Below, piece by piece: positions 15,001 to 26,654 of a stretch of DNA of 64,000 bases. The first letter of the stretch is position 1; every line of letters starts with the position of its first letter. A model generated the notes under the pieces. That model was not told the origin of the DNA and searched no databases. It saw nothing but the letters and a program-made list of their open reading frames with translations. The stretch is from Isurus oxyrinchus (taxonomy: Eukaryota), in assembly GCA_026770705.1 (NCBI GenBank), contig JANJGN010000026.1, forward strand, positions 5,828,001-5,892,000, given 5' to 3'. The position numbers and the translations under genes are program-made.

Positions 15001-18000
15001 TTACTTTCTCTCCCTCTGTCTCTCTAATTTATTAATAACATTCCTCCTCTATATTCTCACTTGATTAGTCTCCCTCTCTAATTTAATTATTACATTCCTC
15101 CCTTATTTTCACAATGGGTTACTCTCTCTCTCTAAATTATTATTTACATTGCTCCTGTATTTTCAGAATGGGTTACTTTCTCGAATTTATTAATTACATT
15201 CCTCTATTTTCACATTGGGTTGCTCTCTCTTCCTCTAATTTATTAATTACGTACCTGCTCCACTTTCACACTGGGTTGCTCTCTCTAATTTATTAATAAC
15301 ATTCCTCCTCTATTGTCACATTGGATTGCTTTCTCTCTTGAATTGATAAATTACAATCCACCTCTATTTTCACATGGGGTTACGATCGGTCTTGAATTAA
15401 TTAATTACATTGCCCCTGCATTTTCAGGATGCGTTTCTCATTCTCTATTATTCAGTACATTCCTCCTCTATTTTCATACTGGGTTACTCTCTCTAATGTA
15501 ATAATTACTTTCATCCTTTATTTTCACACTGGGTGAATCTCTCTAATTTACTCATTACATTCCTCCTCTATTTTCAAACTTGTTTGCTCTCTCCCTCATT
15601 AATTAATTAATTCCTCCTCTAGCTTCACATTGGTTTCTCTCTCTCTCTAATTTATTAATTAGATTCCTGCTCTATTTTCGCACACGGTTACTCTCTCTAA
15701 TTTATTAATTAAATTCATCCTCTATTTCACACTGGGTTGCTCTCTCTCCTTCTAATTTATTAATTACATACTTGCTGCATTTTCACACTGGGTTGCTCTC
15801 TCTATTTTATTAAGTACATTCCTCCTCTATTTTCACAATGGATTATGGTCTCTCCCTCTCACTCTCTAATTTATTTATTACAATCCTCTTCTATTTTGAC
15901 ACTGGGTTAGTCTCTCTCTCTCTCTAATTTATTAATAACATTCCTCCTCTATTTTCACACTAGGTTACTCTCTCTCTCTCTGATTTATTAGTTACATTCT
16001 TTTTCTATTTTCAGACAGGGTCTCTCGCTCTCATTTAGTTATTACAATCCTCCTTTACCTTCACAATGAGTTGCTCTATCTCCCTCATTTTGTAATTAAT
16101 TCATGTATTTTCACAATGGTTTTTTCTCTCTCTAACCTATTAATCATATTCCTCCTCTATTTTCATATTTGATTACTCTCTGTATCTAATTTATCAATTA
16201 CATTCCTCCTCTACTTTCACACTTGGTTACACTGTCTCTCTTTAATTTATTAATTACATTCCATGTCTATTTGCACACAGGGTTGCTCTTTCTCTAAATT
16301 ATTAATGACATTCCTCCTCTATTTTCACACTGGGTTACTCTCTCTCTAAATTATTACATTCCTCCTCTATTTTCGCATTGGGTTTCACTCTTTCTGTAAT
16401 TTATCAATTACATTGCTCCTATATTTTCACACAGGGTTACTCTCTCTAATTTATTAATTATGTTCCTCTATTTTCACACTGGGTTCCTCTCTCTCTCTCT
16501 CTCATTTATTAATTAATTACTCCTCTATTTTCACAATGGGTTACTCTCTAAGTTATTAATTACATTCCTCCTCTATTTTCACACTGGGTCACTCTCTCTC
16601 TAATTTATTAATTACATTCCTCCTCTATTTTCACTCTGGGTTGCTACCTCTGATTTATTAATTTTATTTTGCCTCCATTTTCTCACTGGGTTACTCGCAC
16701 TCTCTCTAATTTATTAATTACATTCAGCCTCTATTTTCATACTGGTTTCTCTCTCTCTCTCTCTAATTTATTAATTAAGTTCCTCTTCTATTTTCACTCA
16801 GGGTTTCTCTCTCTCTATTTTTTTTTACATTCCTCTATTTTCACACTGACTACTCTCTCTCTTACTTATAAATTTCATTCCTCCTCTATTTTCACAGTGG
16901 GCTACTCTCTCTCTAATTTCTAGTTTCACACTTATTTGCTCTCTCCCTAATTTGTTAATTACATTCCTCCTCTATTTTCACACTGGGTTACTCCCTCTTT
17001 CTCTCTCTATTTTATGAGTTACATTCCTCCTCCAATTTCACAATGGGTTACTCTGTCTCTCTAATTTACTATTTACATTCCTCTATTTTCACACTGGCTT
17101 ATTCTCTCTAATTTATTTATTACATTCCTCCTCTATTTTCACACTGGGTCACTCTCTCTAATTTATTAATAACATTCCTCCTCTATTTTCACACTGGGTT
17201 ACTTTCTCTCTCTCTGATTTATGAATTATGTTCTGCCTCCACTTTCTCACTGGGTAACTCGTGCTATCTCTAATTTATGAATTACTTTCCTCCTCTATTT
17301 TCACACAGGGTTTCTCTCTCTCTTTATTTTTTTTTTACATTCCTCTATTTTCACACTGATTACTCTCTCTCTCTTACTTGTTAATTTAATTTCTCCTCTA
17401 TTTTCACACTGGGTTACTTGCTCTCTAATTTATTAATTACATTCCTCCTCTATTTTCGCACTGGGTTACTCTCTCTCTAAATTATTAATTCCTCCTCTAT
17501 TTTCGCATTGGGTTTCACTCTTTCTGTAATTTATCAATTACAGTGCTACTATATTTTCACACAGGATTACTCTCTCTAAGTTATTAATTACATTCCTCTA
17601 TTTTCACACTGGGCTCCTCTCTCTCTCTCATTTATTGATTAATTACTCCACTTTTTTGACACTGGGTTTTACTTTCTCTCATTTATTCATTACAATCCAC
17701 CTCTATTTTCACACTGGGTTGCTCTCTCTCTCTCATTTATCAATTAAGTACTAATCTATTTTCACAATGGGTTACTCTCTCTAATTTATTAATTGCATAC
17801 CTCCTCTATTTTCACACATATTTGCTTTCTCTAATTTGTTATTTACATTCCTCCTCTATTTTCACACCGGGTCACTCTCTCTCTAATTTATTAACTACAT
17901 CCCTCCTCTATTTTTACACTGGGTTACTCTCTCTCTAAATTATTACATTCCTCCTCTATTTTCGCATTGGGTTTCACTCTTTCTGTAATTTATCAATTAC

Positions 18001-18908
18001 GTTGCTCCTATATTTTCACACAGGGTTACTCTCTCTAATTTATTAATTACGTTCCTCTATTTTCACACTGGGTTTCTCTCTCTCTCATTTATTGATTAAT
18101 TACTCCTCTTTTTTGACACTGGGTTTTACTTTCTCTCATTTATTCATTACATTCCACCTCTATTTTCACACTGGGTGGCTCTCTCTCTCTCATTTATCAA
18201 TTAATTACTCATCTATTTTCACAATGGGTTACTCTCTCTAATTTATTAATTACATTCCTCCTGTATTTTCACACTGGGTTGCTCTCTCTGATTTATTAAT
18301 TTTATTTTGCCTCCATTTTCTCACTGGGTTACACGCACTCTCTCTAATTTATTAATTACATTTAGCCTCTATTTTCACACCTGTTTCTCTCTCTCTCTCT
18401 CTAATTTATTAATTACGTTCCTCCTCTATTTTCACACAGGGTTTCTCTCTCTCTATTTTTTTTACATTCCTCTATTTTCACACTGACTACTCTCTCTCTT
18501 ACTTATTAATTTCGTTCCTCCTCTATTTTCACACTGGGCTACTCTCTCTCTAATTTATTAATTACATGCCTCCTCTATTTTCACACATATTTGATCTCTC
18601 TAATTCGTTAATTACATTCCTCCTCTATTTTCACACTGGGTTACTCTGTCTCTCTAATTTATTAATTACATTCCTCTATTTTCACACTGGGTTACTCTCT
18701 CTAATTTATTAATTACATTCCTCCTCTATTTTCACACTGGGTCACTCTCTTCCTCTAATTCATGAATTACATTTCTCCTCTTTTTCCACACTGGGTTACT
18801 CTCTCTCTCTAATTTATTAATTACATTCCTCCTCTGTTTTCACACTGTTTTGTTCTCCCTCTCTCTCTAATTTACTAATTACATCCCTCCTCTATTTTCA
18901 CACTGGGT
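1..18908. repeat. Satellite array, ~50-54 bp monomer with variable internal (CT)n; higher-order repeats of ~3.1-3.3 kb
   Basis: Continuous repetition of consensus TTTTCACACTGGGTTACTCTCTCTCTAATTTATTAATTACATTCCTCCTCTA. Near-identical ORF translations recur at 8017/11146/14385 and 10301/13540/16669 (spacings 3129 and 3239). The array runs off the left edge of the window. Confidence 0.97.
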
Positions 18909-19215
18909 ATCTCACCCTCTGCTGTACATGAGAATTTTGTATGCGCGCGCAGTTCATTCCCTCTTGTGATGTCAGACGCTTTAATCGCTCGCCCGTCGCG
19001 ATACATCCGTCAGATACCCCGCCGGTCTTTTTGACGCCCCTGGAATCCGCTACTTCCGGTCCCTTGCTTACCCACAATGGCGGTGGTGTTGATCTGTTTT
19101 GGAGCCAGATGGCGCGGTCAGGGCGCGTCCTAACTCGCCCTGGCACTGTGGGGAGATGCCCAGGCTTTTGTGCGGCTTGGTCGGAGTCAGCTTCTGTGGG
19201 TCATCTCAGACGGAG
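18909..19215. promoter_or_regulatory. Small CpG-rich island with promoter-type motifs
   Basis: Abrupt rise in GC and CpG between two AT-rich blocks. Motifs: TGCGCGCGCA (NRF1-like, 18942-18951), TCGCGA (~18996), ACTTCCGG (ETS/GABPA, 19052-19059), AATGGCGG (YY1-like, ~19076). Confidence 0.4.
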
Positions 19216-19489
19216 AATTATCCCTATTTTTTTTTAATTAGCCAGAGGGAAATTGACAATCGTCAATTAACCATTAACATCCTCTAAACTGATAAATGAT
19301 CAAAAATACTAATTAATTCCCCCAAATATTATCATAATCCAAAATTCAGCAATTTAACTGAGGTATCCTGAATCTTTCTATCTGATAATTGCAATTTAAT
19401 GCTTCAATTCATCATTTGGCAGGTTTAATTTCAACATTAAATCCACATCATGTCAATATCTATTTAATTTCATTCAAATGTAAACACAT

Positions 19490-20450
19490 TTAATGTTAAT
19501 ATTTATATTAAACTTACATTTACCCCAAATGAACAATTTAATAATCATATTCAGTTTAAATTTGTGTTCGTTCTGTGAATAAACCTATGGACGGATTTAA
19601 TTGCAACGTTTAAGGCTCATTGATCAGTTTGTCCACATTCGTGTTTTTTTTCCCCTGTCGATTTATCACATTTAATCATCATATTTAAACATGTTTGTTT
19701 TTTCTGTCAATTCACGTTTTATTATTAATATTTACTTTGTCTATAAGTGCCTCATATCAAATGGCACATTTAGCCTAAAGTAGAGTTTGTTCAGTCAATT
19801 AACATATTTAATAATTAGACTTACTTTACCTAAACTTGCATTTGTTCCGTCAGTTAACATATTTAATAATTAGATTTAATTTTTCTAAACTTGTATTTTT
19901 TCTGTCAGTTAACATATTTAATAATAAGACTCACTTTATCTAGGCTTACATTTGTTTTGTCAGTTAACATATTTAAAATGAGATTTAATTCATCTAAACT
20001 GGCATTTGTTCTGTCGTTGAAGCTATTTAGTATTCGTCTTCACGTTGTCTAAACTTGAGTCTTCTGCCAAAGAATATAGTTAGTGCTAATATTAAATTCG
20101 CTCAATTCGTGCTGTTTCCTGTTGATTAGCACAGTAATCATATCTTAAACGTGTTTACTCTGTCAATGTATGTATGTAATATTAATATGTATCTAAACTT
20201 GCGTTTGAATCAATTGGCAGATTTAATAATCATATTCCATTTAAACTTGCACTTATTCTGTTAATTCAATTTAATATCTGTTGGTCTTTCTTTTCATTTT
20301 CAAATTTAATATCTCTTCGCTCATTTATTTATTTTTGATATCTGTCTGTCAATTAACATATTTAATCACTTTTACTTTATCTAAACTTCTGGTTGTTCTG
20401 TCACTTAATGCTATACAATTTGGCTAAACTTGTTGCCACCTACCAATTAA
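19490..20450. repeat. AT-rich degenerate 55-bp tandem repeat
   Basis: Units like CTAAACTTGCATTTGTTCTGTCAGTTAACATATTTAATAATTAGATTTAATTTTAT start at 19830, 19885, 19940, 19994 and 20049, with more decayed copies on either side. Confidence 0.75.
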
Positions 20451-20679
20451 TATAACTTTTCAGCCGAATTGTTGAATTTTGATGTTGAATTTCATATCTT
20501 TTGCTAGATATTTCATTTCAGTAGCAATTTTCATATATTTTGAAAATTACTCAACTTGAGAATTACATTTAATATCTTTTGACATACGCATTTTCAATAT
20601 TCTGTTTAATTTCTTTTGGCAGGTCAATTTTCAATTTCAAATTTAATAATGGTTTAGTTTCTTTGCATAACCCACCATC

Positions 20680-20830
20680 TCCAGCTCCTATGCCAGAATG
20701 TTCAGCTGCGAATCCTGCCTTCCTTCATCCAAGTCTCAGTGATGGCTACTATATCACAATCCCACGTGTTAATCCTCACCCTTAACTCATCAGTTTTACC
20801 TGTAATACTCCTGTCATTAAAGTTGAGGCC
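20680..20830 (-). mobile_element. CR1-clade LINE ORF2 endonuclease fragment
   Basis: Minus strand reads RSITGKTDELRVRINTWDCDIVAITETWMKEG, the N-terminal APE motif typical of CR1 ORF2. Confidence 0.75.
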
Positions 20831-20859
20831 ATCCAGCCTTGCCTTACTCCCTTGAAGCT

Positions 20860-22990
20860 TAATACAGACATAGAGGATGGTTATATCAAGTAAAAATTAC
20901 AACAGAATGAAACTGCCCGAGATGCGCAAAAATGAAAGCATGCGATTTCTCCACTTCTCCAACTCTGTGTTATCCTGATTGTCTTCATTGTTCTTGTCCG
21001 GAGTCTCCTGCGGGCTCAGTTGACAGCTGGAATTGCCTGATGGACTTAGCGGTGAGCAGCAAAATCAGAATGAATGGGAGAAAAGGGTTAATGTGGGTTG
21101 AATTCAGTCATTGCGGCCCATGCAGGTAGTTTTTAAAATGTTACCTTTATAATGCAGAAACAAGGTGTATTATTAATTCTGTACATACGTCCATACGAAA
21201 AGTAAATGCTTTGTTTTATTGTTCCACAGGGCAATACAACCACGGTTCCCGCGTTCTCGGTGTAATTTAGGGATTGCAGCCGTTCATGAAGGTAGCTCAC
21301 CACCACCTTCTCAAGGGCAGTTAGGGACGGGCAATAGGCAGCGATTCCCACTTCCCATGAATGAATATTAACAAACAATATTTTGTCTTCAACATCTGGA
21401 AAGAAATGCGTATAAAACGACGGTTTCCATGTAGAAATGTAAATGACACCCAAACTCAAAGCAAGCGGAAAACTGCATACTGGCGTGATAGACAACAAAC
21501 TGAATGGAACACAAATTTCAGCAACCCCGTTTAACATCACCGCCATGACCATGACCCGGAGACCTGTCACCGCCAATCAACACCATGTAATAATGTAGTG
21601 AGAGATCAAACGTTATTTGAGACAGGATTACAAGCACTGCTAAGTATATCTGCGTGAGACAGGGCAAGGGCAGGAAAGTAATTGATTCTAATTGCAACAT
21701 AATAAAGGGAGAAGGAGAGAGCCTGAGAGGGAGAGTTGCAAGTCATCAACTATGTTGTTGGTATTTGTTTTTGTGTCCAAAACAAACATCCGAATGAACG
21801 TAAATCAGGTAAAATGCAAAGTAATATAAAATTATATAATTAGTTAAAGCGCCGAACAAGAAGGGGTAGCAAAAATCTTGAAACCAGAACGCGAATGTCG
21901 GCTAACCAAAGAGAATTTCACATCAGTAATCAATAAAAGAACAAATGCAAAAGATGGCATTCAACTTTTTCAATCAAACCATCAAGCAGAAGGAGCTGAA
22001 TAGACAATTACTGTTTCACTGAGTTTGCGGAGGAATTGTTGAATGGGAAGCATGTCGCAGGAAGGACCTTTGGTGTTTACTTGAATCATTGGAACTGGTA
22101 CATGATGAGGTCGCATTTGGAGAAAGGAACTCCTGCAATGAAACACTGTTTGTTAACACTTCGGTGCGAACCAACATCCCTTCAATAAATTCATTCATTA
22201 AATTCAGCCAGGAAACGTTCAATGACTCAAATCTCAAATTTAGTTAATCATTTGTATAAATTATTCTGCCAGTGTAGAAGCGAATGGCACAATATTTGCA
22301 CATGTACACAGTCATAACAATGTGATAACTCAGCCACAGTTACAGTGGCAGCAATATACTGCATCCATAGTTGTACCGTGATAACGGTGTGTCAATTCAT
22401 TAGCAGGAACAGTGTCAACAACTAAAACACTTCCACATGTACATTACGATAACAGTGTGATAATTTACCTTCAGTAACAGCGCCATTGACATAATAGGAC
22501 ACCATTCACAATGCGAGAGCTATGATATTTCATCACTGTCAACATGAAAATTCAATTGCATTTAGATCATGTAATAGTGTTATTTGGAAAGTGGATTTAT
22601 ATAATTAAAGCATTAAAATTGTATCAGTCACAGGAATATACTATAAATTCAGATGAGAAATTATAAAGCTAATGTCAAGATTGATGCTGATATTAAATGG
22701 CATTGTAAAAGTGGAAAAATGTACACAATCAATACCGAAAAAAAAGTTACTGGAGAAATTGTACCATGTAAAAGGCAGGAATTAAAACGGTGAATGGGGA
22801 AAATGCATCACAAATTGGAGAAAGGACACACGTAATGTGGAGATGCGCTATAGGTAAAATGGACAAAAATAATACAGCCAGCTAATGATCCTTGCCGCTA
22901 CTGACTTTCAAGGACTTTACCTGGAATTCCGATAGCTCCAATTACGGGATAGTAAATGGCAAAAACCAGGCCTGTTGGTACCCCGTGCAT
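20860..22990 (-). pseudogene. GPR139/GPR142-like GPCR pseudogene, two exons (exon 1 22990-22921; exon 2 from 21649)
   Basis: Exon 1 = MHGVPTGLVFAIYYPVIGAIGIP + G|GTAAAG (70 nt, same length and phase as the intact paralogue). Exon 2 follows cgcag| and gives fragments YLAVLVILSQ, AVMLNGVAEICVPFSLLSITPVCS, QMLKTKYC, MYRINNTPCFCIIK, PFLPFILILLL and ISGSFILL*, with frameshifts, stops, a LINE-tail insertion and no TM7. Confidence 0.88.
21270..21376 (+). mobile_element. 5'-truncated LINE 3' tail inserted into GPCR pseudogene exon 2
   Basis: TGCAGCCGTTCATGAAGGTAGCTCACCACCACCTTCTCAAGGGCAGTTAGGGACGGGCAATA...ATGAATGAAT. The same tail is at 50530-50697 and, inverted, at ~27.3 and ~29.8 kb. It splits the receptor sequence between ...KYC and TE... 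Confidence 0.8.
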
Positions 22991-23249
22991 TTCTAACTGA
23001 AGCTCTGCGTGCGTTCCACAATTCACTGGAAATGGTCAAAGTTATACCTCTTGATAGTCTCCAGGGGAAAAAAAATGTTGAATTGACTTTTTGTTTTAAT
23101 TAATGTGACTGTAACAAACAGATCAGTGCAGCTGTAGCTTGGCTGGTGGTTACGTTTTGATGGAAAATGTTCATTTCTTTTCTCAGGGGTCCTAACAAAG
23201 GGGTTTAAAGTGAATAACACGACGACTGCTATTACTTACTTTGAAAAAA

Positions 23250-24300
23250 AGGATGAATGCCCAGATTTCGGGTTCAGGCCAAAGTACTGAGCAATGCATG
23301 TTTTTTCCCAAAACCCAGACAGATTCTAAATCTTATTCATTAATCAGTCAGTGCTGTCCAAAATCAGATGCACAATTGTTCCAAATATCTCTCAGATTTT
23401 ACAGCCACGTTAGCGCAACAGTCTGCGTATTCATTGCGTCAGGCCCTGTTAAGCACTGTTGCATTCTGTGCGAAGAGTTTCAATTCCTCACCAACAATTC
23501 AGTACAGGCTTGCCCAGGCCATTGTCAGTTTACGCCATGTTGCGAGATACACTTCACGGTGAACCGGTCCAATAGAACTTCGTTACGTTCTGTGTGAACA
23601 TAGCCATAGCTTACGCTCACCTTCGTTGCCGATATGGTCTGTTTCCGTGTGCAATTTCAGTGAACTCTGCACCAGTTCAGCACAGGCAGATTCTGTATGT
23701 GCAGATCCAGAGCAAGTAATTCCATTCATGATGGACCATTTTAATTCAATGATGGGACCATGCATATATTCTGCAAAAGGTCGCCTTCAGCATACGTATA
23801 TGTTTTGTGCTTCTATCCAATTACGTACGTTTATATTCAATGCGGCCTGACCCTTGTTTAAATCAGGACACTTATATTCAGCTGGGTAAGCTATAACTCA
23901 GTATAGTGCGGTTCAACAATCCTATTGTCATTGTCGACTTGTGCAGCTTGCATTCTAAAGTTTTCGAGTAATTTCCTTGGCTCCTTTCCTTTTACTGTTG
24001 AGGGAGATGGCAGACAGCTCTGTCAAGAAACTTACTGTTTTGAAATTAGCCTTGAACCCAAAGCGAAATATTTCCAGTTGGAAAAGATGTTAATGGATTT
24101 CGCGCAAATACTTCATATCTGATAAGTGCCCGCGTGATCTGTACTGCTCTGCAGATGAGAACTGGGAATGCAAAACTGAAATCGAAACTCATTTTAGATA
24201 TCGATTTACAGCTTCTGATCTGTTTCAGCTGGGAGAATAATACTGCTACAGAACACAAAAGCAGTTCTTCTGGTGAGAATCAGAGTTACGATTTCCATGA
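23250..24300 (-). pseudogene. Possible heavily decayed ribonuclease-inhibitor-type LRR (NLR-like) coding relic
   Basis: Scattered minus-strand peptides FLTELSAISLNSKRKGAKEITRKL*NASC, LDRSTKHIRMLKATFCRI, HTESACAELV..HIGNEGERKL, IVGEELKLFAQ and ADCCANVA..LEQLCI resemble LRR-RI units. Many stops and frameshifts, so the match is weak. Confidence 0.25.
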
Positions 24301-25519
24301 CACTTCGTTTCTTTTCTGCCTTGCTTTCAAATCTGTCGCCGTTTTAATGCAAAACAATATTTAAAATAACCTGTGATTTTCGGATAGACTAGAGGCTCAG
24401 GCCTAACGTTAATGCAGTGAAGAAAGCACATTCCACACTGGCATGAAGCAATACCTAAACTCTAGTGCATAATGTAGTGAGAGCAACAGTGAAGAAGACA
24501 ACAAAATGGCCTTTTGGTGTCTTGAACCATCTTCATGAAGAGAACGTTACTTGACTGGTGCAAATTTCAAGCTGTAGGCATCTTCTGCCTAGTTTATTTT
24601 GCGAAATGTGGGGAATATAATCTCACATTCAAAGATATCACAAGCTTCCTACCACTTCTGTTGGCCTACAAGGAGAAAAGGATTGTGGATCCTCATTGTG
24701 GGATCATTGATTCAATGCCGGCGCAACAATACCGCATTGTGACGTCTTAAAATTATATGTGCCTAAATATGCTACTGTATATTAAGTTGACTGCGAATGG
24801 CATTGAGCTGCATTACCCGTTGGAGATTTTAATCGACAGACAGGCCAACATGGCTATGATACTTGCCCCAATGGAACACCCCTCCCCCTTCCTTAGAGCT
24901 CGATCAACAGTGGAAATCGGTGCTACTTGGCCCACATGGGAAAGCCCAGAATTTGCCAGCCCAGCGACAAACATTGGCACGTGGAAATCAGGAAATCAGT
25001 CGTCTGCAAGAATCGCGAACAAGAAGGCGACGAGACAAAGGGCCGGAAGCAGATTCAGTGCTGCAGCCTGATACCTGCACGGGAAGGACCGATAAGAGAG
25101 CTTCAGTTACACACAGCCGGAAAGATTCATTGTGCAACTGGAGGAAGGAACGCCGTAAATGCCTGCTGCAAAGCTCCAAAATTTGAACCAGATTGAGGTC
25201 AATAGAACCAATCATATAGCTAGCGACAGCCATAGTATCGAAGGCCTGAAGGTAAATATACAGCCAGGAAAAACGTGTAGGCAACTTGGCTGTGTTTTCT
25301 TCCATTTTCATTCTGAATATTTTGTGAATACATGAAAGTAAATAAAAGTGTTAAAAATGTTGGACGAGTCGCATTGAAATATCGTCTGAAGCAGGACCGG
25401 AGCCAATCTTTCTCTCTCTGTCATTCGATTATAACAGTGAGTGAGCATAATAGTAATTCATTCGCGTTAAGGCGCTTTGTGACGCCCTTAGGCCATGAAA
25501 GGACCTGTTGAAATGTAAT

Positions 25520-25610
25520 AAAATTTAAAATGGTGGAAAACTCAGCAGGTATGGCAGCGCCTGTGCAGACAGAAATAGTGTTAACTTTTCGAGCCATTTA
25601 TGACTCCTTA
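25520..25610 (+). mobile_element. Short interspersed repeat fragment (likely Penelope-like element end); second copy at 60880-60980
   Basis: AAAATGGTGGAAAACTCAGCAGGTATGGCAGCGCCTGTGCAGACAGAAATAGTGTTAAC matches 60880-60980 within the window. Family assignment is from memory only. Confidence 0.4.
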
Positions 25611-26177
25611 AGTGTAAGTATCTGGTAAATCTAAACAATCATATGGAATGACGATAAGCATTTGTTCTTGCCGTTCTATCTTTTCCTCCTAGCCTCTGTG
25701 TATCTGGCTCAATCGCTTTTGCTCTCTCAGACTCTCTGCCTCTGACCCTATATATTGTCCGTCCTGTGTTCATTGTCTCCCTCTCTTCTCGTGATGCTTG
25801 GGAGCATCAAATGTTCATTGGAGTGAATCATGGAATGAGGCCCTGTGACTGTGAGGGAAGATCGTGTGGGATGGAATTGCACTGTATGGCGTTTAAAAGG
25901 ATGCAAGGTGATTTCATTGAAAACTCAGAAGCTCTTATGTAGCTTGGCAGGATGAATCATGGATGCAGTGTCCTCGGCTGGAAAGTCTAGAACCAATGGC
26001 ACAGTTCAGAGCTAAAATACCTTTCATGTAGGTCAGTGATGAGGAGGCTGAGTTATTTAAAAATCCCAGAGGGAAATTTTAAACAGCTGTGATAACCTAT
26101 AATTTTGAGTTTTGAGATGCGAGCCGAAATTCAGGAATTATACCACGACTTCTCGAGGTTTTACATGAAACTAAATG

Positions 26178-26500
26178 AAACATTTTAGTAATTTAAACAG
26201 GTTAAAACCATATATATACTTGGCTTCAAATTGCCACTATCATGTTTCTTAACAAATTCCCAAACTCATCTCCATTAAGGCAATAAAAACCCAGAGACTT
26301 AACCAAACACCAGCAAAACATTTTCACCTTATGAATTCAAATAAACATTTCAGTAATTTAAACGGATTAAAAACATATATACAATTGGCTTCAAATTGCC
26401 ACTATCATAATTCTTAACAAATTCCCAAACTAATCCACATTAAGGCAACAAAAACCCAGAGACTTAACCAAACACCAGCAAAAACGTTATCAATTCAAAA
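26178..26500 (+). repeat. 165-bp direct tandem duplication
   Basis: AAACATTT(T/C)AGTAATTTAAAC...GGCTTCAAATTGCCACTATCAT...CCCAGAGACTTAACCAAACACCAGCAAAA starts at 26178 and again at 26343. Confidence 0.9.
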
Positions 26501-26654
26501 TTAGTTTATTTTCGGTTTGGTTCCTATGGAGACGGTTGGAGGCTTGCAGCTGCCTTCTGATCTCACATTGCCTCTGCTTGGCACACCCAAAACTGGCTGA
26601 ATTTATACCTACCACCTCCCTTGAATATCATTATCATTGTAATCACTTTGACTG

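Noticed and set aside
195-16923. Dozens of L/S/F/I/H-rich ORFs in the satellite
   Set aside because: They are translations of the monomer; variable (CT)n lengths shift frame constantly.
1-18908. CRISPR-like array, or an array of RSS heptamers (CACACTG)
   Set aside because: Vertebrate DNA with no unique spacers and no cas genes; no ACAAAAACC-like nonamer at 12 or 23 bp.
18898-19146. IWLQNR homeobox-like motif in a minus-strand ORF
   Set aside because: No helix 1/2 residues or following basic stretch; likely chance.
19144-19171. CACTGTG-12bp-GGCTTTTGT resembling a 12-RSS
   Set aside because: Heptamer and nonamer are in the wrong order for an RSS on either strand, and there is no adjacent V/D/J segment.
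24030-24150. VNGFRANTSYLISAR resembling IgM CH2
   Set aside because: No correctly spaced Cys/Trp framework or splice sites, and 21 kb from CH3.
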